Source: Usitatibacteraceae bacterium (GTDB lineage Bacteria; Pseudomonadota; Gammaproteobacteria; Burkholderiales; Usitatibacteraceae). From it: 64,000 nt of DNA. The DNA is taken from NCBI GenBank assembly GCA_044229235.1, contig JBGATH010000006.1, positions 10,760-74,759 of the forward strand, written 5' to 3'. The position numbers and the translations under genes are program-made. The notes beneath the pieces were generated by a model. That model saw only the letters and a program-made list of their open reading frames with translations. It was not told where the DNA came from and ran no database searches. Positions 1-10,869 of this stretch are shown piece after piece (the stretch's first letter is position 1; each line of letters opens with the position of its first letter).

Positions 1-178
1 CTCGCCGGCTTTCGCCGAGATCGGCCAAACGGTCAGCAAAGGCCAGACGCTTTGCATCATCGAAGCCATGAAGCTGCTCAATGAAATCGAGTCTGACGCT
101 TCCGGTGTCATCAAAGCCATCCTTGTCGAAAATGGCCAACCGGTGGAATATGGCCAACCGCTGTTTGTCCTCGAGTAG
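1..178 (+). CDS. accB: acetyl-CoA carboxylase biotin carboxyl carrier protein, C-terminal fragment (5' end outside window)
   Basis: Reading from nt 2 gives ...[45 protein letters not shown], with the biotinyl-lysine EAMK motif. Stop TAG at 176-178. Lies directly upstream of accC. Confidence 0.9.
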   Translation, partial: SPAFAEIGQTVSKGQTLCIIEAMKLLNEIESDASGVIKAILVENGQPVEYGQPLFVLE

Positions 179-229
179 GGCCGGGAACTCGCCATGGCGG
201 TATTTAACGCAGGCTCCCGGCAGGGGGCC

Positions 230-1597
230 ATGTTTGAAAAAGTCCTCATCGCCAATCGCGGAGAAATCGCCCTGCGCATCCAGAGGGCTTGCCGTGAGTT
301 GGGCATCAAGACGGTTGCAGTGCATTCGGAGGCGGACGCCGACGCGAAATACGTGATGCTTGCGGACGAGTCGGTTTGCATCGGGCCCGCCCCGTCTCGT
401 GACAGCTACCTGAACATTCCGGCGATCATCAGCGCGGCTGAGGTAACGGATGCCCAGGCAATTCATCCGGGATATGGCTTTCTGTCCGAAAACGCGGACT
501 TTGCCGAGCGCGTGGAAAACTCGGGATTCGTTTTCATCGGGCCGCGCCCCGAGAATATTCGTACCATGGGCGACAAGGTGTCGGCCAAGGCCGCCATGCG
601 CAAGGTCGGCATTCCCTGCGTGCCGGGTTCGGAAGGCGCGCTCCCGGAAGACCCAAAGGAAATTCGCAAGATCGCTGCCGCCGTGGGCTATCCCGTGATC
701 ATCAAGGCGGCAGGCGGTGGCGGCGGCCGCGGCATGCGGGTCGTTCACACCGAGGCTGCCTTGGTCAATGCCGTGCAGATGACCCGCACCGAAGCGCAAA
801 GCGCCTTCGGCAACCCCATGGTCTACCTGGAAAAGTTTCTGGAAAACCCCAGACACATCGAGATTCAGGTGCTGGCCGACGAACATCGCAATGCCATATT
901 TCTCTGGGAGCGCGACTGCTCCATGCAGCGGCGGCACCAGAAGATCATCGAAGAGGCGCCCGCCCCCGACCTGAAGTCTCGCCTGCGGGATCGAATCGGT
1001 GAACGCTGCTCCGAAGCCTGCATAAAACTGGGTTATCGCGGCGCCGGAACATTTGAATTCCTCTACGAAAACGACGAGTTCTACTTCATTGAAATGAACA
1101 CGCGGGTTCAGGTCGAACACCCGGTCAGTGAAATGATTACCGGCGTCGACATCGTGCAGGAGCAAATTCGCATCGCAAGCGGCCAGAAACTGCGCTACCG
1201 GCAGAAAGACATACAGCTGCGGGGGCACGCTGTGGAGTGTCGCATCAATGCCGAAAACCCGACGTCCTTTGTCCCGTCGCCAGGCCGGATCACGCGCTTT
1301 CATGTGCCGGGAGGCCCCGGTATCCGGGTGGATTCGCACGTCTATGCGGACTACTTTGTTCCGCCTCATTACGACTCCCTCATTGCCAAGGTGATCGCGC
1401 ACGGCGACACGCGGGAACAGGCGTTTGCGCGCATGCGAACCGCGCTTTCTGAAATGGTGGTCGAGGGAATCCAGACGAACCTGCCCCTGCATCAGGAGTT
1501 GATGAATGATGCCGCGTTTGTTCGGGGCGGGACCTCCATTCATTTCCTTGAGCAGCGCATGGCAAAGCTCAAGAAAATCGCGGGAGAAGCTGCTTGA
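230..1597 (+). CDS. accC: acetyl-CoA carboxylase biotin carboxylase subunit
   Basis: [33 protein letters not shown]..., the [13 protein letters not shown]-grasp loop and [12 protein letters not shown] are collinear with E. coli AccC. The ORF opens at 194, but the conserved N-terminus starts at the ATG at 230. Confidence 0.95.
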   Translation: MFEKVLIANRGEIALRIQRACRELGIKTVAVHSEADADAKYVMLADESVCIGPAPSRDSYLNIPAIISAAEVTDAQAIHPGYGFLSENADFAERVENSGFVFIGPRPENIRTMGDKVSAKAAMRKVGIPCVPGSEGALPEDPKEIRKIAAAVGYPVIIKAAGGGGGRGMRVVHTEAALVNAVQMTRTEAQSAFGNPMVYLEKFLENPRHIEIQVLADEHRNAIFLWERDCSMQRRHQKIIEEAPAPDLKSRLRDRIGERCSEACIKLGYRGAGTFEFLYENDEFYFIEMNTRVQVEHPVSEMITGVDIVQEQIRIASGQKLRYRQKDIQLRGHAVECRINAENPTSFVPSPGRITRFHVPGGPGIRVDSHVYADYFVPPHYDSLIAKVIAHGDTREQAFARMRTALSEMVVEGIQTNLPLHQELMNDAAFVRGGTSIHFLEQRMAKLKKIAGEAA

Positions 1598-1627
1598 AAC
1601 GCGGTTCGGGCCCCCTCTGGTGACAAC

Positions 1628-2527
1628 TTGATCGGGCGCAGTATTCGTTTCGAGATGCCGCGCGATTCTGCGGACGCGCTATCGGACAGGTTGCTGGAAG
1701 TCGGGGCTCTGTCTGTTTCGGTGGAGGATGCATTCGAAGGCACCAGTGCGGAGCAGCCCATTTTTGGTGAGCCAGGTTCATCCGCCGGTCTGTGGGACAG
1801 GTGCTGCGTGACGGCAATGTTTACGCCGGATGCCAATATTGAACAGTTGGTGGAAGAAGCTTGTCTGCAGCTGAAGATTGACCTGCCCACCTTCGAAGTG
1901 ACGTCGGTGGAAGATGCGGACTGGGTGAAAAACAATCGGGACCAATTCCAGCCGATCCGGATCAGCCCGCGCATCTGGATCGTCCCAACCTGGCACGACG
2001 CGCCGGACGCCGCAGCAACAAACATCGTTCTTGATCCCGGAGCGGCTTTTGGCACTGGAAGCCATCCCACGACGCGCCTTTGCCTCCAGTGGCTGGACGC
2101 GCATCGCAATGAACTTGCCGGTACCGCGGTGCTCGATTACGGTTGCGGATCAGGAATACTGGCCATTTCCGCAATGAAACTCGGCGCTCGGCGCGCCTGG
2201 GGCGTGGACATCGACCAGAACGCAATCGAGGCGGCTGCTTTCAATGCAACGCAGAACGAGGTCACCGTCCAGTTTTCCGGCACGGACCGGCCGCTGGAGG
2301 CACAGGCGGGCATCACGCTCGCCAACATTCTGGCCAATCCACTCAAAGTGCTCGCGCCACTGCTTGCTTCCCACACGACACCGGGGGGGTACCTGGTGCT
2401 CGCCGGGATACTCGATCATCAGGCCGACGAGATTATTGAAATCTACGCAGATTGGTTCGACATGGCTGTCTGGCGACGCGACGAGGGCTGGTCGTGCATA
2501 GCCGGGGTACGAAGGATGGCGGCTTAA
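1628..2527 (+). CDS. prmA: ribosomal protein L11 methyltransferase
   Basis: LDPGAAFGTGSHPTTRLCLQWLD and the SAM motif VLDYGCGSGILAI; conserved accBC-prmA synteny. TTG at 1628 is the only start after the in-frame accC stop. Confidence 0.9.
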   Translation: MIGRSIRFEMPRDSADALSDRLLEVGALSVSVEDAFEGTSAEQPIFGEPGSSAGLWDRCCVTAMFTPDANIEQLVEEACLQLKIDLPTFEVTSVEDADWVKNNRDQFQPIRISPRIWIVPTWHDAPDAAATNIVLDPGAAFGTGSHPTTRLCLQWLDAHRNELAGTAVLDYGCGSGILAISAMKLGARRAWGVDIDQNAIEAAAFNATQNEVTVQFSGTDRPLEAQAGITLANILANPLKVLAPLLASHTTPGGYLVLAGILDHQADEIIEIYADWFDMAVWRRDEGWSCIAGVRRMAA

Positions 2528-2548
2528 CGGCTCGGTTATACTCGCGCC

Positions 2549-3511
2549 ATGCTGTTGACCACCTGTCCAAATTGCGCGGCGCAATTCAAGGTACAACCTG
2601 AGCAACTGAACGTTCGACAAGGTCGCGTCATGTGCGGTCGCTGCCGCCAGGTCTTCGATGCGTTCCAGTCGTTGACGCGCATTGAGGACAGCGCCTTCCG
2701 AATTGAACAGTCGGACGAGCAGGCGCCGCAGGCGGGTGCGGCAGGAATCGAGGCGCCGGAAACCGTTGAAGCCAGCGACCCGATATTCATGCGCGGTGAG
2801 CCGGCGCCCTTTCCGGAACTCGCTGCGCTGGAAACCCCGGCGAGCGAAGCTGAATTAGAACCCGTCGCCAGCGTATCTCGAAACAGCCGTGCCGAAGGTC
2901 ATAAAGAGCCGGCGGTATCGATGCCAGAGCAGGGGGCATCACTTTTGCCTGAGACAAACCCACCGGGCTTTGTTCTCGAGCCGGAAAACCTGCTGCTGGC
3001 CGCCCCACCGCGCGACTATCAGCCACAAGCAACACGAAGCGGTGCATGGAGTGGCGCGGCATTCCTGTTGGGTCTCGTCATGCTGACACAGCTGGTTTAT
3101 CTGTTTCGGTCCCAGATTGCACAGCAGTTTCCCGTGTCGCGGCCGGCATTGGCTGCGGTCTGCGAATGGGCGGGCTGCACCGTGCCGCGCAGCAGGGATG
3201 AGTCGGCGATTCGCATCGAGGCCTCCGACCTCGTCGAGGCTCCGGGGAGAACCGGCCGAATACTTTTCACCGCCACGATTTCGAATCGGGGCAATGCCGG
3301 TCAGGATTATCCGACCCTGGAGCTTCGCCTTTCCGACAGTTCAAACCAGACCGTCGTGTCGCGTGTAATGGTGCCGGCGGAGTATCTGGGCCGCGCCATT
3401 GGCAAGGACGAATTCATCCCACCAGGTGGCGAGGCATTCGTGAACATGCAGATCGAACTGCAGGGCAAAGCCCCGGCTTCTGGCTACGGCGTGCGCGCGT
3501 TCTATCCCTGA
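2549..3511 (+). CDS. zinc-ribbon (MJ0042-type) / DUF3426-like membrane protein
   Basis: N-terminal CPNC...CGRC zinc ribbon, a low-complexity linker, one TM helix (AFLLGLVMLTQLVYLF) and a C-terminal beta-rich domain. This is a usual neighbour of prmA in beta/gammaproteobacteria. Confidence 0.75.
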   Translation: MLLTTCPNCAAQFKVQPEQLNVRQGRVMCGRCRQVFDAFQSLTRIEDSAFRIEQSDEQAPQAGAAGIEAPETVEASDPIFMRGEPAPFPELAALETPASEAELEPVASVSRNSRAEGHKEPAVSMPEQGASLLPETNPPGFVLEPENLLLAAPPRDYQPQATRSGAWSGAAFLLGLVMLTQLVYLFRSQIAQQFPVSRPALAAVCEWAGCTVPRSRDESAIRIEASDLVEAPGRTGRILFTATISNRGNAGQDYPTLELRLSDSSNQTVVSRVMVPAEYLGRAIGKDEFIPPGGEAFVNMQIELQGKAPASGYGVRAFYP

Positions 3512-3556
3512 CGCCTTATAGTCTGAAGGCGTCAGCGACTTCGCTTCTGTTCGGCT

Positions 3557-5995
3557 TTACCTGTTTGCTGCGCCTTGCAAAGCATGCACCATGTTGTCGA
3601 CTGCGCGATCGACGACTGATGCTTCATCGATGCGCCTTACCTGACCAGACTTGAGTTGCTGTTCGAGTACATCGGGCGCGATGGAGAACGCTTCGTCTGA
3701 GCCCGGACACGTAAACAGATAGACCCCGCGATGCGGGCTGATCCACGAGAGTTTGGCGCGCACCTTGCGATCGCCCAGTTGCCGAAACTCGACCCAGCTA
3801 CCGCGCCTAAGCTCAACTGGAATAGCCTCGTTCGAAGTCATGTGGACAGGTGCTGCCAATTCTCCCGCCGGCGAATCAAAATTCATCACCTCCTGGATCG
3901 ACACGCCTGCCTCGCTGAAGTGAATGCGGGCGAATCCGGCCCTGGCGGCGATACGGGCAGCGTCGGTGCGCGCGCTTTCCTCCGCGACCAGCCTTTCAAA
4001 CAGCGGGCCCGTCGACGTGTTCGGAGGCGAGGCGCCCAAGAGTTCTGCCACGCTGCCACCGCGAAGGCCGGCCTTTACGGCGGCAGCGTGGCAATCGACC
4101 AACGACGCGAAGAACCGCACGCGATCCTCGGTTTCAACAGCCGCGACTTCCATCCCCGAATGCAGCTGCTCCAAGAGGCCCGGAAGCAGACCAACCAATC
4201 GCCTCCGCTCGACTGCACCCTGCTTGGGCAATACACTCCAGATCAACTCGTCGGCGGCTTCCAGTGACGCCACGAACTGTGCCTGCCGCCCACCTTCGCG
4301 AAGATAGACGCGCTCCAGTACACGCGTCCAGGGACCGCGAAGCAGGGCGAAAACCGTTGATGGAAGGTCGGCAGCTGCACAGCGCCGGTCAATTTCATCC
4401 TGAGCAATCATGCGCGCCATTTCACGGCGCTCCTGTTCGAACACGATCCTCGCGGACTTTTCAACAAATTCCGCGCTGTCTTTCTCCTGTTCGGCCAGAA
4501 AGCTTTCCAGGTCGGCCAGTGAATCCGCAAACAGCTGCACATCGGTTTCGAATTCGACATGGATGTGATCAACGATCGCCGCTATTTTTTTGAAGAGCGG
4601 TGCGTTGGCCTGGCTGGCGCCGTGGAATCCGATCGATGCTTCGGCGAGCCTGTCGAGCAGTCGTCTGGTTGGGTGCTGTTTTCTTGAAAAGAATGATTTG
4701 TCGAGGATGGCTACTTTCAGCACCGGAATTTGCAGTCTTGCCAGCAAGCCTTTTACGTCGGCCGGAATCGCGCTGTCCTCGAAGATGTAGTCGAAAAGCA
4801 TCGCGACGATGTCAATCGTCATGACATCGAGTGGCGAGCTGTGGGCGCAGATGACCTGCGACTTGAGCGCGCGCAGTGTGCTCATGGCCTCGCCTTCGGG
4901 CACCTGCCGTCCTTCGTCGGTGGCGTCAAACGGCCGCATCGCGGACGCGGAACGCAGTTGCAACGCGGACAGCGCGGAAAGTAGCTGCACAGTCGGCATC
5001 CTGCTGGCGCCCTCGGCGATCGCGCGTAGTGCCGCGGACAGCGTGACGCCAGCTGCAGGCGGCGCAGGTGCGAAGCTGCCGGTCGTAACACCGTAGGTCG
5101 GCGGCGCAGCGCTGCCCGCGGCCATGTCGGGATCGAACATGCTTCCCCCGGCGAGCAGCTGCTTGAGTGTCGAGTAGATTTCGCCTGCAGAGCCGGTCGG
5201 TGTGCCCGATTCCTGCAAGCCCTCAGGTTTTGCAAATGGGTCGGTGGCAGGCAAAGGTTTCGGTACCACGCTGGTTCGTGCCTTTCGGTAACCAGGCCGA
5301 ATTTGCGGCAGTATTTTTCGCGAAACCAGCAATGCGTTGATATCGTGATAAATCGTCAGCATCTCGCGTGACATGTGTTGCTCCGCCAGCCGCATGACTG
5401 TCAGCTTGGTTTGATAGCCTGATGTCATCTGGTCGCACGCCACCTTGAGCGCATTGATGATCGTGTTTGGCGACATCGGATTGGCGTCATCGGTGATGTC
5501 AGGGTCCGCCATCAGGTAGCCCATGCGTTGGGAAAGCGCGCCCAACTCGTCGTTGCATCTTTCAGACAGGCGCCTGGCGATGTCGCTTACCGCGAGCTTT
5601 TCCTCCAGATCCGAGTCCTCGACCAGGGACAAGGAAAGTCCACCGAAGCCATCAGTCGTCGAAACATGCTGTTCGGCCGTTCCCGCGACCTTTCTTTCGA
5701 AAAGGCTCACGAAGTGCATCCTGAAAGCAGCCTCGATTTCGCTTCGCTTCTCGTGAGCTTGCGATCTGGCATCAAGATAAACGCCTTGAGACGAGCGATC
5801 AGTTGCGGCACTGGCAAGTTGGAAAAGCTCGTCCTCAATCTTGTCGAGTGTATTTGCCAGGACCGCAGTAATTCGCTTCAGTGCAAGTTCCCTGCAATCG
5901 GCTATCAACCCGACCGACTCGGGGTTCATCGAACGTCGGACCGGGCTGGTGGGGTCCCTGAACGGTAATACGTTGTCTCTGGTCGGCGTGTCCAT
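3557..5995 (-). CDS. large conserved hypothetical protein, DUF1631-like
   Basis: 812-aa ORF with normal amino-acid composition. Its size and motifs (..LLRGPWTRVL.., C-terminal RRGSWVEF) recall the DUF1631 family. Family assignment is from memory only. Confidence 0.6.
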   Translation of the reverse strand: MDTPTRDNVLPFRDPTSPVRRSMNPESVGLIADCRELALKRITAVLANTLDKIEDELFQLASAATDRSSQGVYLDARSQAHEKRSEIEAAFRMHFVSLFERKVAGTAEQHVSTTDGFGGLSLSLVEDSDLEEKLAVSDIARRLSERCNDELGALSQRMGYLMADPDITDDANPMSPNTIINALKVACDQMTSGYQTKLTVMRLAEQHMSREMLTIYHDINALLVSRKILPQIRPGYRKARTSVVPKPLPATDPFAKPEGLQESGTPTGSAGEIYSTLKQLLAGGSMFDPDMAAGSAAPPTYGVTTGSFAPAPPAAGVTLSAALRAIAEGASRMPTVQLLSALSALQLRSASAMRPFDATDEGRQVPEGEAMSTLRALKSQVICAHSSPLDVMTIDIVAMLFDYIFEDSAIPADVKGLLARLQIPVLKVAILDKSFFSRKQHPTRRLLDRLAEASIGFHGASQANAPLFKKIAAIVDHIHVEFETDVQLFADSLADLESFLAEQEKDSAEFVEKSARIVFEQERREMARMIAQDEIDRRCAAADLPSTVFALLRGPWTRVLERVYLREGGRQAQFVASLEAADELIWSVLPKQGAVERRRLVGLLPGLLEQLHSGMEVAAVETEDRVRFFASLVDCHAAAVKAGLRGGSVAELLGASPPNTSTGPLFERLVAEESARTDAARIAARAGFARIHFSEAGVSIQEVMNFDSPAGELAAPVHMTSNEAIPVELRRGSWVEFRQLGDRKVRAKLSWISPHRGVYLFTCPGSDEAFSIAPDVLEQQLKSGQVRRIDEASVVDRAVDNMVHALQGAANR

Positions 5996-6478
5996 AGCTG
6001 TCTCCGCGCGCCCGAAGGCGCAAGCACCTGTCAGAGGGCAAACAAGACGCGAAGCGCCGGCACCGGAATGGGTAAGCGGATCTGGCAGAGGTCAAGTCGC
6101 CGCTGTGTGCAAATGCAGCGTCAGCAGCCAGGCTAGGAAGCTAGCCCTTGCGCGCCGCGATTGCCGCTCGCGCGGCAGCACGTCAATGCGCACCTTCACT
6201 CTGGCAATCCCGCTATCCACGGATTACTGGCATCCGCCGGACCGGAGACTTTGCGCCCCCACCTTTCGATGAGTTTGCCCTGTTTCAGAATTCGCTCTGT
6301 TGTTTGCTTTGTAATGCGGAGTGCGCCGAGTCCATCGAAGCGAACCCGTCAATCCCAATTTACAAGAATTGACAATCAATCGTCAATGCGGCCCTTCTAC
6401 CGTTCAGCCGCCCGCCGATGCCTTCGGACGGCTGGGTGGTGGGCGCTATAATTTGCCTTTGCCCGAAGAGCCGAGTTC

Positions 6479-7414
6479 ATGCCTGTTCTCATCTGTGGTT
6501 CCATCGCTTACGACACCATCATGGTTTTCCACGGCGAATTCAAGACGCACATCCTCCCGGATCAGATTCACATCCTGAATGTGGCGTTTGTTGTTCCCGA
6601 CATGCGCCGCGAATTTGGTGGAACAGCCGGCAATATTGCCTACAACCTGAAGCTGCTCGGTGGCGACCCCTTGATCATGGCGACCGTTGGGGACGACTTT
6701 GGTCCTTACAAGGAGCGCTTGGACAAGCTGGACATCAAGCGTACCCACGTGCGAGAGATCGCCGGCGCCTACATGCCCCAGGCGTTCATTACGACCGACC
6801 TGGATGCCAACCAGATCACGGCATTCCATCCTGGCGCGATGGCGTCGTCGTATCTGAACAAGGTCGGCGATGCCAAGGATGTGACGCTTGGCATCGTTGC
6901 GCCTGATTCACGCGATGGAATGTTGCAGCACGCCTCCCAGTTTCACGATCACAAGATTCCGTTCATATTTGACCCCGGTCAGGCATTGCCCGTGTTCAAC
7001 GGCGATGAGTTGCGCCATTTCATTGAACTTGCCGATTATGTTGCCGTCAATGACTATGAAGCCCGCGTGCTGGAGGAGCGTACCGGTGAATCACTTTCCA
7101 AACTCACGGAACGGGTGAAAGCGCTTTTCGTCACCAAAGGCGCTGATGGCTCGGTGATTTATGCTGATGGTCAACAAATTTCCATCCCGAGCGTTAGAGA
7201 AAACAGGCGGGTGGATCCCACCGGGTGCGGCGACGCCTATCGCGCAGGGCTGCTGCTGGGCATGGAGCGTGGATGGTCTTGGCAAAAGATCGGCCGCTTG
7301 GGCAACACGATGGGCAGCATCAAGATTGAGCATCGCGGCCCGCAGGGGCATCATCCATCGCGAGAGGATATCGAGACGCGGTACGCTGAAGCATTTGATG
7401 AGCCGCTCTGGTAA
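6479..7414 (+). CDS. PfkB-family carbohydrate/nucleoside kinase
   Basis: N-terminal GSIAYD..GGTAGNIAYNL and C-terminal DPTGCGDAYRAG (PfkB signature 2). Confidence 0.85.
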   Translation: MPVLICGSIAYDTIMVFHGEFKTHILPDQIHILNVAFVVPDMRREFGGTAGNIAYNLKLLGGDPLIMATVGDDFGPYKERLDKLDIKRTHVREIAGAYMPQAFITTDLDANQITAFHPGAMASSYLNKVGDAKDVTLGIVAPDSRDGMLQHASQFHDHKIPFIFDPGQALPVFNGDELRHFIELADYVAVNDYEARVLEERTGESLSKLTERVKALFVTKGADGSVIYADGQQISIPSVRENRRVDPTGCGDAYRAGLLLGMERGWSWQKIGRLGNTMGSIKIEHRGPQGHHPSREDIETRYAEAFDEPLW

Positions 7415-7435
7415 ATTTGATAGAAGGAGTCAAAC

Positions 7436-7900
7436 ATGAACAGAAAACTGGTTGTTTGCACAACATTGTTGGTCGCGACCTTCCTCGCCGGGTGTGCGGC
7501 TCCTGGGCTGGGCGGTGGCAATTATTCCCGCGCGCAGGTGCGCGGAGAACAGACCGTGCGATTTGGTGTTGTGGAAAGCGTGCGCGATGTTGTTATTGAC
7601 GCTCGTGATACGGGCACTGGAACCTTGGCGGGGGCGGCAATCGGCGGCGTCGCGGGTTCCACATTGGGCGGCGGCCATCGTGCCAATGCGGTTGGCGCAA
7701 TTGCGGGTGCCGTTGTTGGCGGAATCGTCGGCAGCGCCGTCGAAAAGAACGCAAACGATCGTCGGGGCGTTGAGGTCACTGTGCGCATCGAAGGTGGCAA
7801 GATCATCGCGGTCACGCAGGAAAAAGATGAAGAATTCCGCGTTGGGGATCGCGTTCGCATCCTGTCTGGCCAGGGAGCTACGCGCGTGACTCGCGAGTAA
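7436..7900 (+). CDS. glycine-zipper outer-membrane lipoprotein (SlyB / 17-kDa antigen-like)
   Basis: SD AAGGAG before the ATG; lipobox LAGC; glycine zipper GAAIGGVAGSTLGGG...GAIAGAVVGGIVGSA. Confidence 0.85.
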   Translation: MNRKLVVCTTLLVATFLAGCAAPGLGGGNYSRAQVRGEQTVRFGVVESVRDVVIDARDTGTGTLAGAAIGGVAGSTLGGGHRANAVGAIAGAVVGGIVGSAVEKNANDRRGVEVTVRIEGGKIIAVTQEKDEEFRVGDRVRILSGQGATRVTRE

Positions 7901-7920
7901 GTCTGATTCAATATTGTCCG

Positions 7921-7950
7921 AGGGGGCGCCGATGGCGCCCTTTCAATTTA
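7921..7950 (+). terminator. putative rho-independent terminator after the slyB-like gene
   Basis: GGGCGCC-GAT-GGCGCCC hairpin followed by TTTCAATTT. The loop is short, so confidence is moderate. Confidence 0.45.
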
Positions 7951-7995
7951 TAGCGCGATGCGCCCGGCCAGGCAGGCTTCAAGTACCATCCTGCC

Positions 7996-8814
7996 ATGGC
8001 AAATGATGGCGACATGAGGGTAGCAGCCGGAAAAGTATCTCGGATCGTCCGCATACTGCGGTGGTCCCGGCTTTTGATGCATGTGGGCGTCGGCTTGTTT
8101 GTTGTCGGCGCGCTTTTCCCGCGCGTAAGCCCGGCTCGGCGATCCAGCATTACGCAGCGTTGGTCGGCAAAGCTGCTTCGCATCCTCAATGTCGTCTTGT
8201 CGGTGCGTGGTTCGGTCCCCGATGCGGGAGCACGTAATGTCATCGTGGCATCGAATCATGTGTCCTGGGTGGACATCTTCGTCATCAATGCAGCCCATCC
8301 GGCGCGCTTTGTCGCCAAGGCGGAGATTCGCGACTGGCCAATTGCGGGCTGGCTGGTGGATCGCGCCGGGACCATCTTTATCCGCCGCACCCGTCGCAGC
8401 GATACGGCAAAGATCAACGAAACAATGCACAACGTGCTTGCGGAAGGTGCGTCAATAGGCTTCTTTCCCGAGGGGACGACAACCAGCGGCGACAAACTGC
8501 TCAAGTTTCACACCTCCCTATTCGAGCCGGCGGTAGTCAATCGTGCGGTGCTTGCGCCGGCCGCGGTTCGCTACCGCGATAGTCACGGCGCGCCAAGCCA
8601 GGCGATTGCCTTCATCGGCGAGTTAAGTTTCACGGAGTCAGTCGGCTTGATCATCAGCCAGCCATCCGTGATTGCTGAAATCACCTTTGCACCACCGATT
8701 CCGGCCGAGGGGCTGAACCGGCGAGAACTTGCGAGCCTGTCCGAATCAGCAATTGCCGACATTCTTGAACTACCGCGGCCGAGTGCACATCAACGCTTCT
8801 CCAGCGATGTATAG
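7996..8814 (+). CDS. lysophospholipid (1-acyl-sn-glycerol-3-phosphate) acyltransferase family protein
   Basis: HX4D motif NHVSWVDIFV and the FPEGTTT motif; N-terminal TM segment. Start is uncertain (ATG at 7996 or 8014). Confidence 0.8.
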   Translation: MANDGDMRVAAGKVSRIVRILRWSRLLMHVGVGLFVVGALFPRVSPARRSSITQRWSAKLLRILNVVLSVRGSVPDAGARNVIVASNHVSWVDIFVINAAHPARFVAKAEIRDWPIAGWLVDRAGTIFIRRTRRSDTAKINETMHNVLAEGASIGFFPEGTTTSGDKLLKFHTSLFEPAVVNRAVLAPAAVRYRDSHGAPSQAIAFIGELSFTESVGLIISQPSVIAEITFAPPIPAEGLNRRELASLSESAIADILELPRPSAHQRFSSDV

Positions 8815-8848
8815 CCTTTAAGCATGGGCATCGCGTAAAGAGTGTGCG

Positions 8849-10825
8849 CTAACTGATAAAGAGCCTGATTTCTGCTTTTGCCAACAGTTCCGGGGTGCCC
8901 GCGAGGACCAGCACGTCACCGGCTGCCAGCCGCGCACCAGGCTCGAATTCGCTCTGCTTGAGCCCTTGTCGCCGCAAGGCGGTCAGATGTACGCCCAGCG
9001 ACTCGAGTCCAAGCGATGCGATGGTCTTGCCGACAGAAACCGAACCCTCCTCGATCACAAATGACTGCAGTCTTGGCTGCTGGGAATCTAGTTGTGAATC
9101 CTCCAGGTCGGTCACGCCGGGGAAAAAGCCGCGCATCAACTGGTAACGTTCTGCGCGGACCTGCTGCAGGCGGGCGAGCACTTTGTTCAGCGGAATTCCG
9201 AGCAAAAGCATCGTTTGTGTCGCCAGCATCAGCGAACCTTCGATCACCTCGGCGACGATTTCAGCTGCACCCGCAGCTTTGAGTTTCTCGACGTCGCTAT
9301 CGTCAAAGGTGCGTACGATAACCGGAACGCTGGGTCGCAGTTCACGCACATGCGACAAGATGGTCAGCGCCGCATGGGTGTCGCCAAAGCTGACCACCAC
9401 GGCGGCCGCCCTTGGCAGGCCGGCGGCGGTCAATACTTCCTGCCGCGCTGCATCTCCATACATCACCGCATCGCCAGCGGCGGCTGCCTGTTTTACCCGC
9501 ATGGGATCGGCATCGAGGGCGATGAAGGGAATATTCTGATCCTCAAGGAACCTGGCCAGGTTCTGACCCGACCTGCCGTAACCGCAGACGATGACATGTG
9601 CTTTCTTGCTCATCGACCGGATGGCCAGCTGCTGCAGCTGCACTGCCCGCATTTCCCATTCGGTGCTTACCAGCCGCATGATCAGGCGTTCGCTGTTTGC
9701 CAATATCAGCGGTGACATGAGCATGGAAATGAGCATGGCCGCCAGCACCACCTGAATCGTTGAGGCAGGAAGCGCGTGGTATCGTTCGGCCAGCGAAAGC
9801 AGCACGAAACCGAATTCACCTGCCGGAGCCAGCGCCAGTCCGCATCGCAAGGCTACCGCACGCTCGTTTCGAAGGGCCAGCGCAATCGACACGATGAGCA
9901 GGAACTTGACGGTAATCAGCGCCACCAGCACCAGCAGGATCATGCCAAGATGCGCAAGCAAACTCTGGATGTTCAGCAACATGCCGATCGTGACAAAAAA
10001 CAGGCCCAGCAAGACATCGCGAAACGGCTTGATGTAATCTTCAACCTGATAGCGATACTCGGTTTCGGAAATCAGCATTCCGGCAAGAAATGCGCCCAAA
10101 GCCAATGACAAGCCTGCCAGTTCCGTCGCCCAGGCGAGACCAAGCGTAACCAGGAGAACTGCGAGCACAAAAAGCTCGGACGACTTCTGCTCGGCAATCA
10201 CATGGAACAGTGGTCGCATGATGCGTTGACCGAGCACCAGAATTACCGCCAGAACCGCCCCCGCCTTCAACATCGCCGAGCCGATTTCAATTGCAATCTG
10301 CTCCCCAGACAGCGCCAATGCAGGCGTGAGCACCAACAGCGGTATCACCGCCAGATCTTGAAACAGCAGTACGCCCATGATCTGCTTTCCATGGTGCGAA
10401 TGAAGCTGAGTCTGCTCTGCAAGAACCTTGGATATGATGGCAGTGGAAGACATGGCGACGATGCCACCCAATATGAGACCGCTTTGCCAGCCCAGCCCGG
10501 AAGCCAACGCCACAGCCATGACTGCCGCAATCGACAGGCCGACCTGAAGGCCGCCAAAACCGACCACAATCCGGCGCATCGCCACAAGTTGGGGTAACGA
10601 GAACTCCAGCCCGATTGAAAACATCAGAAACACCACGCCGAATTCGGCGAGATAGCGTGTACTCGCAGAGTCCGGTACAAAATTCAGCGCATTGGGACCA
10701 ACCATCACACCGACCAGCAGGTAGCCCAGGATCGCCGGCATGTTCGCGCGGCGAAACACCGCCACCACGACCACAGCAGTGGCAAGCAGAATCACAACCA
10801 GCGGCAGTGTTTCGTGTTGGAACAT
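8849..10825 (-). CDS. monovalent cation:proton antiporter-2 (CPA2, Kef/YbaL-type) with RCK domains
   Basis: From MFQHETLPLVVILLATAVV there are about 12 TM helices, then the Rossmann motif VIVCGYGRSGQ and a TrkA-C-like end. The ORF continues 60 codons upstream (to 11005), but that part is Arg/Pro/Cys-rich and overlaps kdsD. Confidence 0.85.
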   Translation of the reverse strand: MFQHETLPLVVILLATAVVVVAVFRRANMPAILGYLLVGVMVGPNALNFVPDSASTRYLAEFGVVFLMFSIGLEFSLPQLVAMRRIVVGFGGLQVGLSIAAVMAVALASGLGWQSGLILGGIVAMSSTAIISKVLAEQTQLHSHHGKQIMGVLLFQDLAVIPLLVLTPALALSGEQIAIEIGSAMLKAGAVLAVILVLGQRIMRPLFHVIAEQKSSELFVLAVLLVTLGLAWATELAGLSLALGAFLAGMLISETEYRYQVEDYIKPFRDVLLGLFFVTIGMLLNIQSLLAHLGMILLVLVALITVKFLLIVSIALALRNERAVALRCGLALAPAGEFGFVLLSLAERYHALPASTIQVVLAAMLISMLMSPLILANSERLIMRLVSTEWEMRAVQLQQLAIRSMSKKAHVIVCGYGRSGQNLARFLEDQNIPFIALDADPMRVKQAAAAGDAVMYGDAARQEVLTAAGLPRAAAVVVSFGDTHAALTILSHVRELRPSVPVIVRTFDDSDVEKLKAAGAAEIVAEVIEGSLMLATQTMLLLGIPLNKVLARLQQVRAERYQLMRGFFPGVTDLEDSQLDSQQPRLQSFVIEEGSVSVGKTIASLGLESLGVHLTALRRQGLKQSEFEPGARLAAGDVLVLAGTPELLAKAEIRLFIS

Positions 10826-10869
10826 GTGGCGTGATGGTCGCTGCGAGCAGTTGACATTAGAATGGTGCC

